DNA of 64,000 nucleotides from Gemmatimonadales bacterium (GTDB lineage Bacteria; Gemmatimonadota; Gemmatimonadetes; Gemmatimonadales; GWC2-71-9): NCBI GenBank assembly GCA_038250675.1, contig JBBSCB010000002.1, positions 2,658 to 66,657 of the forward strand, read 5' to 3'. Shown piece by piece: positions 57,412 to 64,000 of this stretch (position 1 is its first letter; each line of letters starts with the position of its first letter). The notes under the pieces were generated by a model. It saw only the letters and a program-made list of their open reading frames with translations, ran no database searches and was not told where the DNA came from. The position numbers and the translations under genes were made by a program.

Positions 57412-57565
57412 AACGAGCACCTCGAGTTGGGACTGGAAACGAGGGACCGGAATCCCCAGTGATACCGCCACGGCCGAAGCCACCCACCTGTACACCTGAA
57501 CCGCCTGCTAATGTCGCATCGCGGCGCCCGGACTCCAAGGGGTGGCATTCCGCCGGCCCACGGCC

Positions 57566-59041
57566 TCAGTTGCCAAGCGGCGACGCTGCATCCCTGTAAA
57601 AGTCCACGCCAAGATAACGACCGATGTCCTGGACCGCATCTTCCTTCAGGATCTCACGCCAGCCCGGCTGCGTGGGCTCATTGAGATCGTTGGTCGCCAG
57701 CAGATTGTAGTCACCGACCCCGCCGCTGCGGTCGGCAAAGAGGAAGTACCGGCTCCGCCCGTGCGTGTAGCGCCAGACCTCGTAGGGCAACGTGTTGCTG
57801 CTCGGCCGCTTGAGCATATCGTCCGGTGCGCCGTTCTTGATGTATACCCGGCCGCGGTCGGTCTTCCAGCCGGTCTGCGCCGCCCGCCCGCCGGCCGTAA
57901 AGGCACGGTTGGCAAAGTCGATCGCCCCATAAAACTGCTCGCGCGCCTCGTTGCGCTGGGTGGCAGGATCCGGGTCCCGCTTGCGCCAGAATTCGACCAG
58001 GAACCGCCGCTTGGCCGCCGGTGAAAGCTTGTCGAACCCCCGGAGCAGGCCCCGCTCGCTGGACTTGGCGACGTAGGACAGCGGCGCCGCCGCCGAGTCG
58101 AGATCCGCCTCCGACATGGCGGCAAAGAACCCTTCGTCCGTCGTGAGCGCCACACTCGTGAGCTCGGCGTTCCTGGCGACGGTGGCCGCGAGCGGCGCCA
58201 TCGTGAAGTCGGCCGAGCGCTCAACCACCGTGCCGCCCAGGTCCACTGCGACGGTCATCGTGTAGCGGCCCTCGGGCAGTCCCTCCAGGTCCACCTGCGA
58301 CTTGAGGAGTCCGCCTCCCGGGCCGATGCGCACCGGGGCCGGCTGCGTCCTGGTCATGACTTTGTGCGCCTCGTTGAGCACCGAGACCTGCATCGTGCCG
58401 GTCTGATCCAGCTCGCCTGGATTGTAGACTTCCAGCAGGTAGTACGCCTGCGGGCGGAGCGGCGTCAGATGAAGCGTCGCCGCCGCCGAGATCAGCGCAT
58501 CCCCCCGATGGAACTCACCGGCCCGCGGCACCGTGTCGGTGGCATTGCCCACCTGCCGGATCAGCGGCGAGAGCAGCAGATCGGACGCCGCAGGCACCGA
58601 GGTGAACCCCTCGACCGGCACGGTGGCGCGTGCCTTCTGCTGGCCCGCCTCGTTGAGCACCGTGGCCTCGAGGCGGTATGAGCCCGGTGCCACGAGGAAC
58701 TCCACGATATCCACGCCGGACGCGCCCGGTTCGTTGAGCAGCGACTTGCCCCACGTCTCGCTGTGGAGCGTCACCCCGGCCGAGTCCACCACTTTGAGCG
58801 ACACCTGGTAGCGCACCGAGTCGGTCCGCCCGGGGCCGATCGGCTCGGCCAGCTGGGCGGGGACTTCCACGAACGCCTTCACCGTGGTCTGCCGCCCGTC
58901 CGCCCGGTAGAACCGGACGGCCCGGACACTCAGCGGATTGGGGCCCTGGGCGGCGGCCGACGCCGCTGCCAGGGCCACGAGCATCGCCAGCGAGACGCAG
59001 GAACGTAAAGTCAAAGAGCTCGAAATGATGCGCCACATCAT
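57566..59041 (-). CDS. GWxTD domain-containing secreted protein
   Basis: Signal peptide ...LAAASAAA|QGP. C-terminal RFLVEFWRKRDP...QTGWKTDRGRVYIKNGAPDD...YEVWRY is the GWxTD domain signature. Confidence 0.7.
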   Translation of the reverse strand: MMWRIISSSLTLRSCVSLAMLVALAAASAAAQGPNPLSVRAVRFYRADGRQTTVKAFVEVPAQLAEPIGPGRTDSVRYQVSLKVVDSAGVTLHSETWGKSLLNEPGASGVDIVEFLVAPGSYRLEATVLNEAGQQKARATVPVEGFTSVPAASDLLLSPLIRQVGNATDTVPRAGEFHRGDALISAAATLHLTPLRPQAYYLLEVYNPGELDQTGTMQVSVLNEAHKVMTRTQPAPVRIGPGGGLLKSQVDLEGLPEGRYTMTVAVDLGGTVVERSADFTMAPLAATVARNAELTSVALTTDEGFFAAMSEADLDSAAAPLSYVAKSSERGLLRGFDKLSPAAKRRFLVEFWRKRDPDPATQRNEAREQFYGAIDFANRAFTAGGRAAQTGWKTDRGRVYIKNGAPDDMLKRPSSNTLPYEVWRYTHGRSRYFLFADRSGGVGDYNLLATNDLNEPTQPGWREILKEDAVQDIGRYLGVDFYRDAASPLGN

Positions 59042-59234
59042 ACGACTGCCTCGGGATGGGAAGAGATGGGGGCCGACCGGAAACTCGCTCAGTCCCCTTG
59101 AGCCGTCACGGGCCGGTACCGGCCAGATCGCCGGCACCCTTAATGACGCCCAACCCGCCAAACGTTGGACAGGCCCGACAGGCGCACAGGATCGCGAACG
59201 ACCGCTGCCGCATGCCGGGCCCCTGCATCAGCAG

Positions 59235-60356
59235 CTACCAACCGATGCTGAAGGTGAAGAAGTTGGTGCCGCCGAGAATGCCCTGGTACCGGTACGCGTA
59301 GTCGAACCCGAGGCTGAAGGTGCTCGAGGCGTAGTTGAGCCCGCCACCGAGTGCCAGGCCCTGCAGGTTCTCCTCGTCCGTCAGCGCCGTGCTGGACGGG
59401 TCGGCGACGGTCAGGTTGTTGGCCGCCTGATAGCTGTAGCTCCCGCGCAGGGCGAAGCCAAAGCCGCTCCCGCCGAGTCGGTTGGCCGCGAACTCGCTGC
59501 CGACCGAGAAGCCCGCTTTGTTGCTCGTGGCCTGATTGAAGTCCGAGAGCAGGGTGAGCCGGCTGGACTCGCCACCCATCAGGTCGTACGCCAGACCGAC
59601 CCGGAAGATCGTGGGGAGCGAGAAGTCCTTGGTCCGGAGCTGCGACGGCTGCGGAATGGTCGGCACCGGATCCTCGCCCGGCAGCGGCGTCCGCGGCGCA
59701 TCGCTGTTGAGCGCGACGCCACCGTACTTCAGGTTGGTGCCGAGATTGGCCAGGACGAACGAGAACTTGATGGGGTGGCCGCTCAGCATCGCGTGGAAAT
59801 TGGTGCCGAAATCGACGGCGAACGCGGTCCCGCTGGCGTCACCGAGGTTGTCGAAGATGAACTTCGGGGTGATGCCGGCCGAGAACCGATCCGAGAAGTT
59901 CTGCGACAGCGTGACGCCGACGAAGGTCTCGTTGACCGAGTAGTTGGCCCCGGTGCCGTCCGGCTGCGCCGACGTATAGACCGGCTGATTGCTGAAGCCG
60001 AAGGTGCCGACCTGCACACCGAAGGCCCGCTCGCCGCCCGACGTCGGGACGGTGAAGCCGGCCCAGCTGTAGCGGGTGTCCGCCACGTACTTGTAGGTGC
60101 TCAGCATCGCCCCCGGACGCGACATCAGCGCCGCACCCGCGGGATTGTAGTACAGCGCGCTGGCATCCGCGGCAATCGCCGAGAACGCGCCGCCGAGGGC
60201 GGCGCCCCGCGCGCCGGCACCGAGCAGCAGGAACTCTGCCGACGTGGTGCCGTAGCCGGTGTTGTCCTGGTTGGTCGCCTGGGCCGCAAGACCCGCGGGA
60301 ATCCCGCTCAGCAGCGCCGCGACCAGGGCAAACCGTCGTGCAGTAAACTGACTCAT
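59235..60356 (-). CDS. porV: PorV/PorQ-family outer-membrane beta-barrel (T9SS cargo shuttle-like)
   Basis: Signal peptide ...IPAGLAA|QAT. GTTSAEFLLLGAGARGAALGGAFSAIAADASALYYNPAGAAL matches the family N-terminal signature as I recall it. Alternating beta pattern ending ...FFTFSIGW. AGGAGA lies 6 nt upstream of the ATG. Confidence 0.65.
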   Translation of the reverse strand: MSQFTARRFALVAALLSGIPAGLAAQATNQDNTGYGTTSAEFLLLGAGARGAALGGAFSAIAADASALYYNPAGAALMSRPGAMLSTYKYVADTRYSWAGFTVPTSGGERAFGVQVGTFGFSNQPVYTSAQPDGTGANYSVNETFVGVTLSQNFSDRFSAGITPKFIFDNLGDASGTAFAVDFGTNFHAMLSGHPIKFSFVLANLGTNLKYGGVALNSDAPRTPLPGEDPVPTIPQPSQLRTKDFSLPTIFRVGLAYDLMGGESSRLTLLSDFNQATSNKAGFSVGSEFAANRLGGSGFGFALRGSYSYQAANNLTVADPSSTALTDEENLQGLALGGGLNYASSTFSLGFDYAYRYQGILGGTNFFTFSIGW

Positions 60357-60373
60357 TTCCGATCTCCTGGGTG

Positions 60374-60406
60374 AGGGAGCCGGGGGCGAAGCCCCCCGGC
60401 CTCCCT
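60374..60406 (-). terminator. Imperfect GC hairpin between the CTD-cargo gene and the porV-like gene
   Basis: AGGGAGCCGGGGGC-gaa-GCCCCCCGGCCTCCCT (13 bp with two bulges), sitting between the cargo stop and the porV SD. Confidence 0.35.
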
Positions 60407-60414
60407 GCTGTGGG

Positions 60415-63400
60415 CTACTGGGCGAAGTTCACGATCGTGAAGCGTCCGACGCGGCGGGCGTCGCCCGACTCGATGTGATAGAAGTACACACCGCTCGCCA
60501 CGACCTGGTTGTTCCGGTTCCGGACATTCCAGTCTTCCGATCCGGCGAACGTATTCGAGTGGTGCTCGAGAATGTTCACCAGCACGCCGCTGGACGAATA
60601 AATCCGGATGATGGCGTCGTTGGGCAGGTTCACGAACTTGATGATCTTGGTGTCCGTGGTCTGCTCAAACTCACTGGTCACGTAGTACGGATCCGGGACG
60701 GTGTGTACCCGTTCCAGGTCCGCCCGCGAGGTCGAGACGAGCTTGTTGGTCACATCGAACTGCACGGCGAGCTGCACGCCGGGGGCCGCCAGGGTCCGCT
60801 TGCCTTCCGGATTGTCAAAGGCGTACGGGCCAAGATTGCCGGCCCCCGCACCATTGCCGCCCGTGATGGCGCCGATGTAACTCCGCATCGACCACACCGT
60901 GCCGCTGGCGGGCACTGCCCCGCCGGTCAGCTCGAACGTGAAGATGTGGCCGGCGAGGTACATGCCGAAGCCGTTGTTTGGCTGCGGCGTGGCGGTCTTG
61001 AAGTTGGCCAGCGAACCGCCGTCCGCAAAGATCACGGGCCCGGGCACCGCCGTCCGCTTGAGCCGGATCGGTGCACCCACCGTGGTCGAGGCGCAGGTCA
61101 TCGAGACCGTATACTTGCCGCGCAGTGGATACACACAGCCGAAGTCGGTGTTGCTGATCGCGAGCTGCGTGTCGTAGCTCCCTGTCGCCGGCACGTCACC
61201 GGCGTTCAGGATTCCCCACGAGGCCCCCATTGCGGTGTCGAACGGAAGCGAGATGTGGTGCACCGCGTCTATCACCGAGTCCACGGCACCGGCGGCACCC
61301 CAGTAGACGTTGTAGTCCGCTGATGTGAAGGCGCCAGCCAGGACGCCGCTGGTCGGCCGGTACTCGCCGCCGCCCACCGTCTGGTAGGCCTTGGTCTCGT
61401 GAATGGTCACGACGCCCGGCAGCGCACCCGCGTTGCTGAAGTTCGGCATCGGGTCGCCGCTGAAGTTCGCCACGTCGTTGCCGTTCGGGTCGGCCATCGT
61501 CTCGTTGTTCTGGGGCGACGGACCGGCGAACCAGCGGGCACCGTTGTACGAGCACCCTCCGCCGACGTCGAACCCGGCACGGCCGTTGACGCATCCGCGG
61601 CCGTACAGTCCGGCATAATCGGTTCCGTCGATGCTCTGCGTAATCTTGCCCTGCAGATTGAATTGATTGCTCCCGCCAAACCGGGCGGCCAGCGCCTGAT
61701 CAATCGGCACCGCGGCGAACTGTCCCGCGCCGCTGCTCGGCCCGAGCTCCTGTCCCTGCAGAACGGGGACGCTGAAGATGACGTTCGGGCTGGAGCCGAC
61801 CACGTGATAGAAGTACTGGACCGGAACGTTGTCGTAGGCCGAACCCAGCTGCACGCTGTCCTGCTGCACCGTGAAGTTGCCGGGCTGGCTCAGGACGGTG
61901 GCCACGAAGTCGGCCAGACCGATCGACCAGCCATTGGCCGGCGGGAACGGGCCACTGAAGATGCCGGTGACCGGATCGAGCGTCGGCTTGGGCGCGCCGC
62001 TGTCCAGCGCGACGCCGCGGCCGGTCATCGAGAAGCCAGTAACCAGGCCCGCGACGTTGTAGTTCGATGCGGCCGCCACCGGGGTCACCGACTTGGTGAG
62101 CCGGGGCGATTCGAGGTTGCTCGGTCCCGACTGGAACGAGTTGATGTCGAACGCCGTCACCGAGTAGAAGTAGCGGAAATTGTTGCGGACCGTCTTGTCC
62201 ACGTAGACAAACGGCACGCCGGTGTCCTTGAGGACCGGGCACGCGCTCGGGGCGCAGGATCCACCGCGGCCCGTGAGCGCGGTGTCCGCGATCAGCACGA
62301 TGATGGCACCGGTGGCGAGCTTGGAACGCTCACCCAGCTTGGCCTGCGTGATCTCGCCCACCAGCGGGACCGAGACGTTCTTGGTCCGGGCCTGGCCAAG
62401 CGAGCCCGGCGCAGGGAACGGATTGTCGTACGGGCAGCCCGACGTGTACACCGCGAGTTCCGGCGCGCAGGTCGGCGACGGATTGACTTGACCGGCGTAG
62501 TCCGTGATGCTCGTGCCGCCGTAATCGAACTGGGCCAGCATCGTCAGTGCGTTGGGCGCGTCCACCCGGCCGCGATAGATCCGGTAGCCCTCGACGTCAA
62601 ACTGCCGGTAGTTCGGGTCATAGAGCGCGTTGGCCGTCGGCAGACCCGAGATCGGGTCGATGACGGTCGGTGCATTGGCGATGGCGAAGAACGGATCGCC
62701 GGTCGTCTCGCTGGCCGTGGGACGCCACAACACCGTCACCTGGTTGTCGCCCGGGACCAGGAAGAAGTCCGGCGACTCCGGCGCGAACGGGAGCAGGAAC
62801 TTGCCATCGAAGACGGCCTGGGCCGTCTTGGCCTTGCCCAGCAGCGAGCCCGGCACGACGGTGAACTCGTTCTGCTGCGCGCAGCCCACCGTGCTGGTCG
62901 GCGAAATCGAGGCGCAATCGCCGTTCACGTCGGTCCACGACCGGAAACCGGTAAGCGAGTCGACCACGTTGGCACCGGTGGTGGCCAGCGCGGTCGCGGC
63001 CGCTGGCGTCTTGGGATCGAGCAGGAGCGGGTCACCCGGCTTGACGCTGAGCGACGAGGTCGGAACAACGCTCGCCGTGATCACCGGCGGAGCAAAGATG
63101 TACGCCACGACGATCGAGCCGAAAGCACCTGGCGCGAGGTCGAGCGGCGTCGACGACTGGAAGAAGCGCATGTCGAACGCCGTGCCGTTCAGCACGTAGC
63201 AGACGCGCGTGATCGTCGGATCGCCGTTGTTGCAGGACTGGTCGCCGGCGGCCTGTGACGGCGTGCCGGAGAGATACCGGAAGAGCTGCTTGGTGTCACG
63301 CGCATCGTTGAACGCGCCACCGTTGGTCGTGTTGCTGAACAGCTGGATCTGACCCGGGCCGCTCGGGCTCTTGAGGTACTTGGCGCCCGTGAAGCCGGCA

Positions 63401-64000
63401 CCCGCGAAGAACGGCGGGCTGAAGATAGCTGGGTCGAAGGTCCACCCGGCAAACTTGCTGAACGACTGCTCGTAGGTAAAGCCGAGCGCGAAGGGCAGGT
63501 TGACCGACGCGTAGTTGACGTTGGCGTTGGCGACATCGTCATCCCGCGCGAACGCCGCATACAGGCTGTTGATCGTGTAGCCGGCGGCCGGCAGCGTCAC
63601 ACCGAAGGCCGCATCGTTCTGGGCATGAAACGCCTGGGCCTGCTGCAGCAGGATCGGCTGCATGTCCGGCCGCGCCGACGCATAGTCCGCCGCGTTGGTG
63701 GACGTGATGTTGTAGAACGTGTACACGAAGTACAGGATGTCTTCGTTGCCGCTCGGGAAGTTCCAGCCCATGCCGCGGGTCTCGACCAGCACCCCCAGCG
63801 GGTGGGAACGTCCGGCGTTCTGATTGGGGTTGCCCTCCCAGCTCAGAAACCAGACATCACCCTGCGAGGCCGCGATCCGGCCCTGCAGCAGCGGGTGATA
63901 CAGGCCCGCCGTCGCATCGCCGAGCGGCACCTTGGCCGCGGCCGGCCAGTTGGCCGCGTCATCCGGGTTCTGCGAGTTGAAGATCGGCTGCACTTCCTGG
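60415..64000 (-). CDS. Large secreted protein with T9SS-type C-terminal sorting domain (5' end outside window)
   Basis: More than 1190 aa, with the frame open to the window edge. The body has no recognised family. The last ~97 aa (VPDPYYVTSEFE...KIIKFVNLPNDAIIRIYSSSGVLVNIL...ASGVYFYHIESGDARRVGRFTIVNFAQ) fit the T9SS type-A / FlgD-Ig-like CTD pattern. Confidence 0.7.
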   Translation of the reverse strand, partial: QEVQPIFNSQNPDDAANWPAAAKVPLGDATAGLYHPLLQGRIAASQGDVWFLSWEGNPNQNAGRSHPLGVLVETRGMGWNFPSGNEDILYFVYTFYNITSTNAADYASARPDMQPILLQQAQAFHAQNDAAFGVTLPAAGYTINSLYAAFARDDDVANANVNYASVNLPFALGFTYEQSFSKFAGWTFDPAIFSPPFFAGAGFTGAKYLKSPSGPGQIQLFSNTTNGGAFNDARDTKQLFRYLSGTPSQAAGDQSCNNGDPTITRVCYVLNGTAFDMRFFQSSTPLDLAPGAFGSIVVAYIFAPPVITASVVPTSSLSVKPGDPLLLDPKTPAAATALATTGANVVDSLTGFRSWTDVNGDCASISPTSTVGCAQQNEFTVVPGSLLGKAKTAQAVFDGKFLLPFAPESPDFFLVPGDNQVTVLWRPTASETTGDPFFAIANAPTVIDPISGLPTANALYDPNYRQFDVEGYRIYRGRVDAPNALTMLAQFDYGGTSITDYAGQVNPSPTCAPELAVYTSGCPYDNPFPAPGSLGQARTKNVSVPLVGEITQAKLGERSKLATGAIIVLIADTALTGRGGSCAPSACPVLKDTGVPFVYVDKTVRNNFRYFYSVTAFDINSFQSGPSNLESPRLTKSVTPVAAASNYNVAGLVTGFSMTGRGVALDSGAPKPTLDPVTGIFSGPFPPANGWSIGLADFVATVLSQPGNFTVQQDSVQLGSAYDNVPVQYFYHVVGSSPNVIFSVPVLQGQELGPSSGAGQFAAVPIDQALAARFGGSNQFNLQGKITQSIDGTDYAGLYGRGCVNGRAGFDVGGGCSYNGARWFAGPSPQNNETMADPNGNDVANFSGDPMPNFSNAGALPGVVTIHETKAYQTVGGGEYRPTSGVLAGAFTSADYNVYWGAAGAVDSVIDAVHHISLPFDTAMGASWGILNAGDVPATGSYDTQLAISNTDFGCVYPLRGKYTVSMTCASTTVGAPIRLKRTAVPGPVIFADGGSLANFKTATPQPNNGFGMYLAGHIFTFELTGGAVPASGTVWSMRSYIGAITGGNGAGAGNLGPYAFDNPEGKRTLAAPGVQLAVQFDVTNKLVSTSRADLERVHTVPDPYYVTSEFEQTTDTKIIKFVNLPNDAIIRIYSSSGVLVNILEHHSNTFAGSEDWNVRNRNNQVVASGVYFYHIESGDARRVGRFTIVNFAQ

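Overview
High-GC (roughly 70%) bacterial chromosomal window, almost fully coding. It holds about 40 genes, about three quarters on the minus strand, and many are joined by 4-nt stop/start overlaps. I saw no rRNA, tRNA, CRISPR, IS or prophage signatures. Left to right: a partial membrane sensor kinase; a GIY-YIG protein; two small lipoproteins; a PAS/GAF hybrid histidine kinase; an Slt-type lytic transglycosylase; hslR; icd; a pentose-phosphate/sugar operon (rpiB-HAD-gnd-zwf-pgl-GH15); a compact 3-gene NRPS operon (acid ligase-carrier fusion, ICL/PEPM-family lyase, C-A-T-TE module); an M28 peptidase; a multicopper oxidase; pgm; corA; padR; prfC; an Fpg/Nei glycosylase; type IV pilus pilB-pilT-pilC; a comEA-like gene; a glutaminyl-cyclase-like M28 lipoprotein directly downstream of a 2020-aa SprA-like outer-membrane protein; lptF-lptG; a TonB-dependent receptor; an APC permease; a fused ctaA-ctaB with a translationally coupled ABC exporter; and a second type-IX-secretion (T9SS)-related cluster (Ig-repeat lipoprotein, GWxTD protein, PorV-like barrel, large cargo with a C-terminal sorting domain, truncated by the window end). 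The gene content suggests an FCB-group / Gemmatimonadota-like organism (inference only). Two things stand out. (i) The NRPS mini-operon has a loading enzyme that looks like an oxalate-CoA-ligase-family (AAE3/Pcs60-like) enzyme fused to a carrier domain. It is partnered with a lyase-type ICL/PEPM enzyme and a thioesterase carrying Cys instead of Ser as nucleophile. (ii) T9SS components appear apparently outside Bacteroidota, with a glutaminyl-cyclase-like gene next to the sprA-like gene and Gln at the predicted +1 of all six predicted signal-peptidase-I substrates in the window. All family assignments come from reading motifs by eye. No database search was run.
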